From a virus: 64,000 bases of DNA. Shown piece by piece: positions 24,286 through 34,191 of this stretch. The stretch spans positions 32,001 through 96,000 of the IMG/VR virus record IMGVR_UViG_3300037346_000220; one strand, 5' to 3'. Position 1 is the first letter of the stretch; each line of letters opens with the position of its first letter. The position numbers were made by a program, and so were the translations under genes. The notes beneath the pieces are model-generated. The model was not told the origin of the DNA and did not search any database. It was given only the letters and a program-made list of their open reading frames with translations.

Positions 24286-25971
24286 TTGCTAATTAGGCTT
24301 CAACAAAGAAGAGGTACAGACACTCAGTGGTCTTCCTCAGACCCCGTTCTTGCTGCTGGAGAGATTGCCCTATCTACCGATGACCAAACATTCAGGATGG
24401 GTGATGGAGTAACGGCTTGGTCCTTGTTGCCATATTTTCAGAATGCAGCAGACATAGAAGTAATCCGATTAGCCGTCTTGGCAAACGCAAACTCCTATTC
24501 TGACACAGAGCTTGATGCAGCTATCTTATCAACTGAGAGTACCCTCTCACAAGCCATCAGCGACTCAGAGACGGCAGCAAACACTTACACGGATACCGAG
24601 ATAGCCTCTCTAATTGATTCAGCACCAGAAACTCTAAACACTCTTAAAGAAATAGCAGAAGCCATTGCTGAGAACGACGGAGACATCGGCACAATTCTTG
24701 CAGCTTTAGATACAAAAGCTGCAACCGACCACACGCATACCCTCTCCGACCTAACAAATGTAGACCCCTCAGGAGCTAATTTAAACGATGTTCTGTTTTT
24801 CGACGACTCCGATCAAACCTGGAAGCCAAAAGAACTTATAGGCATCGATGCCATAACTGTAACTACTGGAGTCCCCACAGGAGCAGGAGAGCTATCCTAT
24901 AATTCCAACACAGGGGCTTTCAGTTTTGCTCCAGCCATAACTGGAGTTACAGCAGGATCTTTTGGGGTATTGAATAGCACAACCACGTTTGCTGCATCCA
25001 CAGGATCTGTATATACTTATTGGGATGGAGCAAAGAAACTAGAAGTGTCCATAACTACGACTTCTAGTTACGTAAACCTAATAAGCCTGACCAGCGACCA
25101 CTTCGGCTCGTCCTCGGTAAAGCTTGTTCGGGTGGTTGACTCTGTAGAGACAGATCTCTTCACTTGGCCAATCTTAGGTACTAGGGACTTTGGCTGGACG
25201 TACTACGATCAGCATAATCTAGACGTAGGGACAGTAGTTACCTATAGAATTAAGGGACAGGCGTCATCAGGTACCTCGTACATTGGTCAAAACGCTGATG
25301 TTCAAATGCATGTTCAAGAAGTAGCTGGGGCTTTGGGAGGACAGCCTACAAGCCCAGACATATCCGTAGCCGTTGAGGGTACTGGAAGCACCACTGGTGG
25401 CTTGGCTTACGACGACGGACTTCTTACTTACACCCCAGTGCTTCCTGCAGCAGCAGCACTATCAGAATTAACTGACGTAGATTTAACTGGATTGTCAGAC
25501 ACGGATGTCTTAGCTTATGATCTAGCCTCTGGAACTTGGTTACCAGGTTCTGCAGCATCATCTGTAGCCCAACTTTCCGACGTAGACCTAACAGGCATGA
25601 TTGATAAATCCCTGTTGCAGTACTCTTCTTCATCGGATAAGTGGGAAGCTACGTCTATAGACATAGCTCCAAGTCTTGTAGCTTTTAACCCCAGGTACGG
25701 ACCCTACACTTTTGAGATCACAGACAAAGACAAGATGGTAGAATGTACATCGGAGGTTACCTTCACGGTACCCAACAACTCTTCAGTAGCCTTTCCAATT
25801 GGATCAACGATAACTGTTATGCAGAAAGGTTCTGGTCAAATTACTATTGTGGGAGCTTCTGGGGTGTCTCTGAACTTCACCCCTAGCAACAAAACAAGGA
25901 CCCAGTACTCTTCAGCAACTCTAGTAAAGAGAGATACGAATGTCTGGTACTTGATGGGGGACCTAGAGTAA
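24286..25971 (+). CDS. tail fibre with Mtd N-terminal domain (cassette 3)
   Basis: QQRRGT..QW...DPVLAAGEI; APETLNTL; L..L.DVD repeats; GDLE C-terminus. Confidence 0.8.
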   Translation: MLIRLQQRRGTDTQWSSSDPVLAAGEIALSTDDQTFRMGDGVTAWSLLPYFQNAADIEVIRLAVLANANSYSDTELDAAILSTESTLSQAISDSETAANTYTDTEIASLIDSAPETLNTLKEIAEAIAENDGDIGTILAALDTKAATDHTHTLSDLTNVDPSGANLNDVLFFDDSDQTWKPKELIGIDAITVTTGVPTGAGELSYNSNTGAFSFAPAITGVTAGSFGVLNSTTTFAASTGSVYTYWDGAKKLEVSITTTSSYVNLISLTSDHFGSSSVKLVRVVDSVETDLFTWPILGTRDFGWTYYDQHNLDVGTVVTYRIKGQASSGTSYIGQNADVQMHVQEVAGALGGQPTSPDISVAVEGTGSTTGGLAYDDGLLTYTPVLPAAAALSELTDVDLTGLSDTDVLAYDLASGTWLPGSAASSVAQLSDVDLTGMIDKSLLQYSSSSDKWEATSIDIAPSLVAFNPRYGPYTFEITDKDKMVECTSEVTFTVPNNSSVAFPIGSTITVMQKGSGQITIVGASGVSLNFTPSNKTRTQYSSATLVKRDTNVWYLMGDLE

Positions 25972-25972
25972 T

Positions 25973-26998
25973 ATGGGCATAAAAGCAATCTTGCGAGCAG
26001 GACAACAATCTCTTTTGAAAGAGGTTAGCCTAAACTTAAGCTCTGAACCAGACCTCTCTATTGACGCAAGCCTTGTCAACAACTCTTTAAGCTCAACAAC
26101 AAGAACAAATGCTAGAGGATCCACGTGGAGTTTTACTAGAGGTACCTGGGGGATTCTGTCAGGAAAGCTAAAAGCATCTAATCCCTCAAGTTATCCCATT
26201 GCCGTAGTTGACGCATTAGTCCCAAACGTAGAAATAAATATTAAAGATATTGGACAGGGCTCTGGAACCGCTCTTTGGTATACGGACAGCGATAACTGGT
26301 GGGGTGTCGGAGTGTATCAAGACTCTGAGAATTGTAACTGTACAACCTCATACTATAGCTGCAACTGTACTGCATACAGCTACTGTACAGGTGGCTATAC
26401 AACCTGCAATTCTGGCAGTGAACAACCTAATGGCACTTGGGCTCAACACTATAGCTATCAGACGTGCGGCCCAGCTTATGTCTTTAACTACTGCTCTTCT
26501 TATGGGACTATTAACTATAATTACACCTATGGGTACACTAATACAGGCTGTACGGGGTACTCCCAAGGTAGTAACGCCGTTTGTACAACTCATCAAAATA
26601 CTGTGATACATCAAAACTACGCATTTGTTTGTAACTCTTCGACCTATACTTGCAATCAGTGGGCTGGGGGCTCAAGCTGCTCAATATGTGCCTCAACAAG
26701 TTGCCAAACTTGCTACCCAGCGTATGTTAGAATGGTAAGGTCAGCATCAGCTACAGTTTCCACGTTGGCAACGTATGCAATTGATTATGTGGCAAGGTCT
26801 CTAAGAGTTTTCGTAAAAGACAAGCAAGTTACCATCCAACCATTTTCTGACGCAGCTGGGAATACATCTATTGGAAGCGAGATAATCTATGATGCGTCAG
26901 CAGCGACAGAGACTACAAAATTTGGAATTCTGATTTCACCTTCATCTTACGATGAGCAAGGATCCATACAAGATATATCTATCAAAAGGAGATACTAA
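25973..26998 (+). CDS. putative adhesin with 16-Cys Tyr/Thr/Ser-rich insertion
   Basis: All 16 Cys fall in aa 121-247; flanks are beta-rich. Confidence 0.7.
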   Translation: MGIKAILRAGQQSLLKEVSLNLSSEPDLSIDASLVNNSLSSTTRTNARGSTWSFTRGTWGILSGKLKASNPSSYPIAVVDALVPNVEINIKDIGQGSGTALWYTDSDNWWGVGVYQDSENCNCTTSYYSCNCTAYSYCTGGYTTCNSGSEQPNGTWAQHYSYQTCGPAYVFNYCSSYGTINYNYTYGYTNTGCTGYSQGSNAVCTTHQNTVIHQNYAFVCNSSTYTCNQWAGGSSCSICASTSCQTCYPAYVRMVRSASATVSTLATYAIDYVARSLRVFVKDKQVTIQPFSDAAGNTSIGSEIIYDASAATETTKFGILISPSSYDEQGSIQDISIKRRY

Positions 26999-27232
26999 AT
27001 GTCATTACCAGACATCCCAGCAATATCAGAGATAAACTCAGGCCGATACCCATTTAACATTGCCGTAGTGATTGACAATGTCGTGTACTCAGTCTTAAAC
27101 CTACCAGGTTCCCAGGCAGCGCTTTACGCCGCTCAGCCAACATTTGTCCAGGTTGACTTTAATCAGGTTGTTACAGGTTCGGTCTATAACCCTGCCGATG
27201 GAACATTTACTGACCCAGAAGTAAACGAATAG
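26999..27232 (+). CDS. small accessory protein (paralog of 16297)
   Basis: IAVVID..V...V..G..Y...DG.F..P. Confidence 0.7.
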   Translation: MSLPDIPAISEINSGRYPFNIAVVIDNVVYSVLNLPGSQAALYAAQPTFVQVDFNQVVTGSVYNPADGTFTDPEVNE

Positions 27233-27277
27233 GGGGCTAACTCGACAAACCCCCATGGGGTTTAGATTGGACAAAAT

Positions 27278-27967
27278 GTGAAGCTTATTAGGTTTACCTC
27301 GCATAAAGATTATGAATCATCTGGACAACCTGTCCCAGCAAAGAAGACCGTGCCCCAATGGTTTAAGGATGCAGAAGTTACCTTTACCGTACCAGGGTCT
27401 AAAACTCCTATGTCAGGGTTAAAGAAATGTATACCTTACCTTGATGTTCTGACCTCAGGGTATATGCTTGTAACTCCAGCTGACATCTATATCTCTCAAA
27501 ATAAGTCTGGCGATGGCATTGACGTCAAATGGGACGAGTCTCCCTCAGGAAGCTTTATAGATGAGAGGCCAAAAGAGCTTGGAGCAACAATGCCAAGACC
27601 AGAGGGCTTTGCTCCTAATCACATGGTTTGGGTAGGTCGCTGGGGTTGGAAAGTCCCTAGGGGTTACAGTGTCCTCGTAACACACCCTTTTAATAGGTTA
27701 GATCTGCCATTCCATACTCAGTCTGCTATTATCGATAGTGATAGTTTTTTTGCCCCAGGAAACATCCCCTTCTTCATAAATAAAAGCTTCTCTGGGAAGA
27801 TACCAAAAGGGACTCCTTTTGCACAGCTGCTGCCAATTAAGCGTGACAGTTGGAAGATGGTAAAAAATGATCAGGCCTTGCTAGAAATTGCAGATCTCCA
27901 GGGGCACGTCGTCCGATCTGATGCCCCGTACAGAATGATATCTTGGTTTAGAAAGAAGTATGACTAA
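27278..27967 (+). CDS. DUF6065-like (dUTPase-like fold) protein
   Basis: P.W.K...KKC.P..D....GY, P.GYS.L.THP.NR.DLPF, KGTP..Q..P.KR. Confidence 0.55.
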   Translation: MKLIRFTSHKDYESSGQPVPAKKTVPQWFKDAEVTFTVPGSKTPMSGLKKCIPYLDVLTSGYMLVTPADIYISQNKSGDGIDVKWDESPSGSFIDERPKELGATMPRPEGFAPNHMVWVGRWGWKVPRGYSVLVTHPFNRLDLPFHTQSAIIDSDSFFAPGNIPFFINKSFSGKIPKGTPFAQLLPIKRDSWKMVKNDQALLEIADLQGHVVRSDAPYRMISWFRKKYD

Positions 27968-28413
27968 TGACTAAAAAAAGCAAAAATGTAAACAAGGACG
28001 GAATTAGGAAGCCAGTTCCTGCCATCGTAAACTTGGAAGCAGCTAGGTTCGTAAAGATCTCTACAGCCCAGCTAATAAAGATATGGCTAAGAAAAAAGAT
28101 TATAGGAGAATCAGACATTGCTGGTAAGATTCATGAGCTAGAGCATAAGGCTCTAATGAAGGAGCAGACAGAAGACCCGTCTTACAACCCCACCCCCACT
28201 TCGGTCAAGGCTTACCACCTAGCTGTAGTCGTTGAGGGCAACGTCGTAGAGATAATGAGGGCTTCAGACGGTATGACAGAGATTCTGCTAATGTCCCCAG
28301 ACTTTATAGTTTACCTTCCAAAAGAGACTGACGTCAAGATTGGAATGGAGTATAAGAACGGAGACTTTGTAGATGTCGCAGAAGAATTTGCCAAAGATAC
28401 CACCACTGAATAA
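27967..28413 (+). CDS. accessory protein with C-terminal domain paralogous to 16297/26999
   Basis: LAVVVEG.V...V.IG..Y.NG.F. Confidence 0.65.
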   Translation: MTKKSKNVNKDGIRKPVPAIVNLEAARFVKISTAQLIKIWLRKKIIGESDIAGKIHELEHKALMKEQTEDPSYNPTPTSVKAYHLAVVVEGNVVEIMRASDGMTEILLMSPDFIVYLPKETDVKIGMEYKNGDFVDVAEEFAKDTTTE

Positions 28414-28576
28414 ACCTCAAGTTGCTATAAGCAAAGAAACAAGAGAGGCCAGGTATGACACTTGTAAGTCCTGTAAGTTTTTTATGAAGATAAACAGTGT
28501 GTGTAAACTATGCGGTTGTGATATGGAACAAAAGACTCACGTTCAAGAAGCTACCTGCCCAGCTGGTAAATGGTAA
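28373..28576 (+). CDS. DUF6171-like Cys protein, copy 3
   Basis: RYDTCKSC...CKLCGC.M..K...TCPAGKW. Confidence 0.75.
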   Translation: MSQKNLPKIPPLNKPQVAISKETREARYDTCKSCKFFMKINSVCKLCGCDMEQKTHVQEATCPAGKW

Positions 28577-28607
28577 AAAAAATAGTTTATTATGCTAAAA
28601 TAGAAAC

Positions 28608-31600
28608 ATGTCTCAACCATCGAATCTTTATGCAGAAAAGATATTTGCAGAACACCCCATAGCTCTCTGGGCCCTAGAAGAGCAGGTAGACTATCTATCA
28701 TTAGTCTCTGATCCCCAAAGAGACTTCTCCCAATGGCAGCCAGTAAATTCTGAAGTCTTGTCACCAGATAGTTCAGCCCTAGACTATCCAGCTCCTTACC
28801 CACTTTCACCCTTGGGTCTAATGTCGTTAACGACAAGCACCTCTGGGTTCACGTCCTTTGGCGCAGCGTCCCCCCTGGCATATCCAGTTATGGTTGATTC
28901 GTTTTCTTCTACGAAGGACACCTTCTGCATAGGCATTCATCTTCTAGCGGTCAGTCAAACAGTGCTCTCTATTTCAGTAGGGTACACTTATGTAGACTCA
29001 GAGACAGGCCTGCCCGTTACCAAGGCAACGTCCTTTCCAGTATCGTCAAACACTAACTGGTCTTTCATATCAGAAACCTTTTCCGTTTCAGAAATAAACT
29101 CAGAGTCGTTCTACCCCTCAATCTCTGTAGTCTCGGCCCACCCAGAATCAATTACAGGTCCAATAACTCACCTAGTCTATGTCAATGGTCTTACCGTAGG
29201 GCAAAACTCAGAAGAGTTCAACTACGGGTCATTAGGAATTTCTCCATCTGGTCAAGAAGAAAATATCTTTGGTGTAGAACCCAGCGACATCCTAGTTCCG
29301 TCCGATCAGTATGGGATAGTAGGGAGAAAAGCTTACTATGTCGTAAAAGGCGGAAACAATCTAGTCTCTCAGAACTCAGGGATGCCTCTTGTTTATGGCG
29401 CTCAGAATGCTACAGTCATGACAAATTCTCAGGGAACCCCCAACCTACTGATACCAGGATATGGGTTTATGAATGATTCAGGAAGAAACAAGGAGTACAC
29501 TTTTGAAATGTGGTTTAGACCAAACTCTTTTGCAACATCTTCCACTAGAATTTTTGGACCAGTAGCCTCAAATGACGGGATCTACATAGATGGAGCATTC
29601 TTAAGGTTAAAGCTAGGAGGTTCTATAGCATCACACTATGTAGGCGATTCCTTCAGGCCTATGCTCGTAAACATTAAAACTCTAAAAGACTCAGCTTCCT
29701 TGCTTATTAACGGAGAGTCGGTAGCAACTATAACGTTTGATTCAGCCACCATTCCTCTACCAGCTCCTAAACTTGATGGAAAGAATCAAGACTTTTTAGC
29801 ATTCTATACTTCAGACGCTGTTCCTCAGATTGATGTAGACTGCGTGGCCATCTACTCATACTCAGTTCCTTCCTTAGTAGCTAAAAGGCGAATGGCCTAC
29901 GGCCAAGCTGTAGAGTTTCCAGAAAACGTAAACACGGCATACAGTGGGACAACGGCGTACTTCGATTATAACTTTGCAGATTACACAAACAATTATTCAT
30001 ACCCAAATATCGGAAGATGGTATCAGGGAATTTCAGACAACCTTGTTTTTGACAATGATGTCCTCTCAACGCCAAGCTATGGGCTCCCACAGCTAGTTAT
30101 GCAGGATGAGACAACTTATAAGAATTGGGTTTCTGAAAACTCTGATAATCAGGTGGTAGACGAAGACCTGTTCTTCAGCTTTAGCTCACCTGGCTACCTG
30201 TACTTTGAAAAACTTAGAATGCTTACTCAAGATACCAGGGCTATCTATATGGTTTTTGAAACCTCAGGATACTCAGAGAACAAGCAGGTATTGCTTAGAG
30301 TTGAAGACAACTTGACAACCAACAACTTCGAGGTATCTGTTACTGGATCAGATGTGTCTTACACCCTAAACTACCAAGGGGTAGAGACTTCCCTATACAC
30401 GGAGTCAGACCTGATAGCAAACACAAAAGCCTTTGCAGGGATAGACATAGACGGTTTGGCAAAGTATTTCGGAAGAACCTTTACTGCATTCTTTGGTAAC
30501 AAGTCACGCCTCAGTGTTTATGTTGGATCAGACAAAGACTTTGAGAGCCCATTCTCAGGAAAGATTTACTCTATAAATTTCTGTACCAACAAAAACTTTC
30601 AGAAGGTCTCAGCCTTTTTCCAAGATCCAGAGATCATTAGCACAGACTTTGTTGCTGACGCAGGAGATAACTACTTTGGCACTGACGCATCGACATGGTT
30701 CAGAACCTTTGACGGAGGCTTTGTAGATTCTTTTAGCCTAGATGGAGCAGCTAGCCACATAGCGAGTTATAGCCTAAGAGCTAAAAGCATTTTTGATAAT
30801 TACTCTATAGACATCCTAGCAGATTCTTATTGGGAAGATTACATTCCCCTAAAGCATTTTGCACAGTATGTCACCAACAGTGACTCAGGATCTTATTATG
30901 ACTTGGATTTTTTGCAGTTTAACGTGGGATACCCAGCAATTAGAAAGTTCTTAGCTGGAAGTTTTGATACGTCTAATAGCTCCGTAAAGAGTTATATAAC
31001 TTTTCAGTACTTAGCTACAGGAGCGACAGCGCAACCAGGATACTTTACAGAGACCATGAGCGCACCACAGAGCGGTATTGTAGAGCCTGGAGATAACTGG
31101 ATGACAACAAGGTACGAGGTTGTCAATGGTTCGATCATCTACCTTCCAAAGAACATAGACTTTTTAGACATAGCTTTGGTGACAAGCTTAGAGATAGTTT
31201 CCCAGGGCATCAGTTTAGATAAGATAAAGATAAAAAGCCTAGAGTATGCATCTCAGGCTTTTAATGGAGACACCTCAAACCCTATTGGTACTCGGTTTGG
31301 TCTCCCTGTGTTTCCCTACAGAAAATACAACCTTTACTACGACTATAAGACTAGGAACCCATACAAGATATACAAGAGGGGCTCTCCTTATCTTTACTTG
31401 ACGTCAGACAGCGGAATCAAAAAGGTGGGAGAGCAAGAGAGGGTCACAGACAGAGGGCTTTCAATACCAGTTAACTTAAACCTATCAGAAAAGTATAGGG
31501 TGGTATCTATGCAAATGGCAATGAGGTTTGACGAAGAATCTTTCCCCGACAAGGTCAGAGTATTTGAGGTTGAAGCAAAGAACTCATATATTAAGTTTTA

Positions 31601-32144
31601 CTTAGCCAAGGTTGGAACTTCAGGAAAGAGGGCAAAGCTGTATGCCGTCAATGCAGCAACAGGCGCAGTAAACGACGGTGTCGCTTTTTATCTTAATGGA
31701 AAGCTTGTCCGTCAACCTGTGATCAATCTAGACCAATGGAACATGCTAGGAGTAACATTCTCGACAGTTCTCAATTTTGACTCATACTCTGGGGGTATCA
31801 GAATTACTGGTCCTCTAATGGTTAATAATGTTTCGCAGTATCAGTCTACAAACCTACAGGAAATTCAGGAGCAAGACTTTAGGCAATGGTCTGAGGTCGC
31901 CACTAACCCAGCAGACATATCAGGACTTGGCTGGAAGTTCTGGAGCAATACATATATTTGGAATGGGGTTCTAGTAAAGTCCTCTACAAATATCTATGGA
32001 ATAACTCCTGACGATATATATAGGACTTACATAGGGACAAATAAGATAATCGTTGACGACAATCAATCAATATCTATAGGAAATTACGAGTATTCAGCTT
32101 ATGCTGACATCAAGTGGACCACATCTGTTGCCACTCCCGTATAA
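28608..32144 (+). CDS. large virion protein with LamG/ConA-like domains
   Basis: AEHPIALWAL.E, YTFEMWFR..., LLINGE.V patterns; 1178 aa. Confidence 0.65.
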   Translation: MSQPSNLYAEKIFAEHPIALWALEEQVDYLSLVSDPQRDFSQWQPVNSEVLSPDSSALDYPAPYPLSPLGLMSLTTSTSGFTSFGAASPLAYPVMVDSFSSTKDTFCIGIHLLAVSQTVLSISVGYTYVDSETGLPVTKATSFPVSSNTNWSFISETFSVSEINSESFYPSISVVSAHPESITGPITHLVYVNGLTVGQNSEEFNYGSLGISPSGQEENIFGVEPSDILVPSDQYGIVGRKAYYVVKGGNNLVSQNSGMPLVYGAQNATVMTNSQGTPNLLIPGYGFMNDSGRNKEYTFEMWFRPNSFATSSTRIFGPVASNDGIYIDGAFLRLKLGGSIASHYVGDSFRPMLVNIKTLKDSASLLINGESVATITFDSATIPLPAPKLDGKNQDFLAFYTSDAVPQIDVDCVAIYSYSVPSLVAKRRMAYGQAVEFPENVNTAYSGTTAYFDYNFADYTNNYSYPNIGRWYQGISDNLVFDNDVLSTPSYGLPQLVMQDETTYKNWVSENSDNQVVDEDLFFSFSSPGYLYFEKLRMLTQDTRAIYMVFETSGYSENKQVLLRVEDNLTTNNFEVSVTGSDVSYTLNYQGVETSLYTESDLIANTKAFAGIDIDGLAKYFGRTFTAFFGNKSRLSVYVGSDKDFESPFSGKIYSINFCTNKNFQKVSAFFQDPEIISTDFVADAGDNYFGTDASTWFRTFDGGFVDSFSLDGAASHIASYSLRAKSIFDNYSIDILADSYWEDYIPLKHFAQYVTNSDSGSYYDLDFLQFNVGYPAIRKFLAGSFDTSNSSVKSYITFQYLATGATAQPGYFTETMSAPQSGIVEPGDNWMTTRYEVVNGSIIYLPKNIDFLDIALVTSLEIVSQGISLDKIKIKSLEYASQAFNGDTSNPIGTRFGLPVFPYRKYNLYYDYKTRNPYKIYKRGSPYLYLTSDSGIKKVGEQERVTDRGLSIPVNLNLSEKYRVVSMQMAMRFDEESFPDKVRVFEVEAKNSYIKFYLAKVGTSGKRAKLYAVNAATGAVNDGVAFYLNGKLVRQPVINLDQWNMLGVTFSTVLNFDSYSGGIRITGPLMVNNVSQYQSTNLQEIQEQDFRQWSEVATNPADISGLGWKFWSNTYIWNGVLVKSSTNIYGITPDDIYRTYIGTNKIIVDDNQSISIGNYEYSAYADIKWTTSVATPV

Positions 32145-32162
32145 TGTGGTATACTATTGTAC

Positions 32163-32531
32163 ATGGAAGAGAATAATAACGGGCAAATTGGTAAATCAAA
32201 GATTACAGTCTTAAACAAGGACTACCCCTGGGGTATTTATTTTTGGAAGAAAGCAAACGGGAAGCCTTATACAGACGGCCACGGAAGTGTTTTAAACATT
32301 CCTTCACACAAAGGTGACGTTCTTCAGCTTCAGAAGCTAACAAACGAAGCGACAGCCCTAGGCCATGGTGATGGATCTTACGAGTTTATAGCAGGTGCTG
32401 GCCGAGTTTCAGAAGAAGAGTATTCTGAGCAGGTAGATCGAATGAAGCAAGGACTCCTTCCAAACCTTAATGACTTAGGAGCTGTCCAAGCAGCCAAAGA
32501 CACCATATCTCTTTATGGAGATGAGGAATAA
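32163..32531 (+). CDS. hypothetical upstream of portal
   Basis: Leaderless ATG 7 nt after TGG-TATACT. Confidence 0.65.
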   Translation: MEENNNGQIGKSKITVLNKDYPWGIYFWKKANGKPYTDGHGSVLNIPSHKGDVLQLQKLTNEATALGHGDGSYEFIAGAGRVSEEEYSEQVDRMKQGLLPNLNDLGAVQAAKDTISLYGDEE

Positions 32532-34132
32532 TGACTGACTACGAAGTTCCATTTATTCAGGCAAACTTAGATCAAGAACAAAAGTCCGAAGACTTATTTA
32601 AAAAGCAAGACCCGTTTAACAAAAGCTGGGACATGCTTAAGGGCTTGGTCAACATCGAGCCAAATTTTAAGCGTAGAACTAGCAGAATCTCCAAAATTGC
32701 ACCACCTACAGACAACTATCTCGCAACAGCAAGAGCAATTCCTACAGGTGAAGGCGCAGCCTCAAAAGAGATTAATCCTGGAAGTGTATACAATAATGGC
32801 TACGGACTCTTTGACGTAATCACACCACCATGGAATCTTTACGAGCTAGCGAACTACTATGATACCTCGTTTGCGAACCACGCAGCTATTGACGCAAAGG
32901 TCGAAAACATTGTGGGCCTGGGTTATGATTTTGAGACAAACCAGAGAACAATGCTGAAGCTTGAGATGAACAACGACAAAGAGGCCACAGCAAGAGCTAG
33001 GAAGAGAATTCAGAGAGTAAAGGTTGAGCTTAGAGATTGGCTAGAGAACCTAAACGATCAAGACTCAATGACTCACACACTCATGAAGTTCTATACAGAT
33101 GTGCAAGCAACTGGAAATGGCTACCTAGAAGTAGGTCGTAAAACAAACGGAGACATTGGTTATGTGGGACACATCCCAGCTACGACCATGAGAGTACGTA
33201 GACTCCGTGATGGTTACGTACAGATTATTGGTCAAAAGATTGTGTACTTCAGAAACTTTGGGGCAAAGAACAAGAACCCTATAACCACTGACCCAAGGCC
33301 CAATGAAATTCTTCATTACAAAGAGTACTCGCCTCTTAATACGTTTTACGGTATTCCAGACATAATGTCTGCCATATCTTCCTTACACGGAGATCAACTT
33401 GCAAGTCAGTACAACATTGATTACTTTGCTAACAAAGCAACTCCAAGATACATTGTTACTCTTAAGGGTGCAAAGCTTTCAAGCGATGCCGAAGATAAGC
33501 TATTCAGATTCTTACAGACTAGCCTAAAAGGTCAGTCCCACAGAACACTGTACATTCCTCTACCAGGAGATACAGAGAATAGCAAGGTAGAGTTTAAAAT
33601 GGAACCCATAGAGAACGGTGTCCAGGAAGCCTCATTCAATGAGTACCGAATGCGAAATCGTGACGATATCCTTGTAGCCCACCAGGTACCTCTTTCTAAG
33701 ATTGGAGGAGGAGACGGAGCAAGCATTGCAGCAGCTCTCGCTCAAGACCGTACGTTTAAAGAGCAGGTAGCCAGACCAGCACAGACAAATCTAGAAAAAA
33801 TGCTCAACAGGATTGTTCGTGAAAAGACAGACATCTTAGAATTAGCTTTTAACGAACTAACTCTGACGGATGAAATTGCTCAGTCACAGATTCTAGAGAC
33901 ATATGTAAAGACTCAGGTCATGACTCCTAACGAAGCAAGAGAGGCCTTAGGATTGCCACAACGACCAGATGGAGATAAAATGTTTGACTTATCTCCTCGC
34001 CAAGCAACCGACGCAAGAGCCAACCTTGCACAAAACCGTGAAAGAGATAGTGAAAGATCTAATAACCAGGCAGATTCATCTGGTACAATAGATGGTAGGA
34101 ATGCACAAGGAGAGGGTAGGGCCAGTAACTAG
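32531..34132 (+). CDS. portal protein
   Basis: GNGYLEV, YGIPD, YF.N.A.P, ILVAHQVP, MTPNEAR..LGL. Confidence 0.9.
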   Translation: MTDYEVPFIQANLDQEQKSEDLFKKQDPFNKSWDMLKGLVNIEPNFKRRTSRISKIAPPTDNYLATARAIPTGEGAASKEINPGSVYNNGYGLFDVITPPWNLYELANYYDTSFANHAAIDAKVENIVGLGYDFETNQRTMLKLEMNNDKEATARARKRIQRVKVELRDWLENLNDQDSMTHTLMKFYTDVQATGNGYLEVGRKTNGDIGYVGHIPATTMRVRRLRDGYVQIIGQKIVYFRNFGAKNKNPITTDPRPNEILHYKEYSPLNTFYGIPDIMSAISSLHGDQLASQYNIDYFANKATPRYIVTLKGAKLSSDAEDKLFRFLQTSLKGQSHRTLYIPLPGDTENSKVEFKMEPIENGVQEASFNEYRMRNRDDILVAHQVPLSKIGGGDGASIAAALAQDRTFKEQVARPAQTNLEKMLNRIVREKTDILELAFNELTLTDEIAQSQILETYVKTQVMTPNEAREALGLPQRPDGDKMFDLSPRQATDARANLAQNRERDSERSNNQADSSGTIDGRNAQGEGRASN

Positions 34133-34191
34133 TTTTTGCTAATATTACAAAAACGTAACAATTTAGCAAAAAGGGTCTATAATATAGTAGT

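Noticed and set aside
20710-25971. Diversity-generating retroelement suggested by Mtd N-terminal domains
   Set aside because: No reverse transcriptase and no TR/VR pair with adenine-specific mismatches seen in the window
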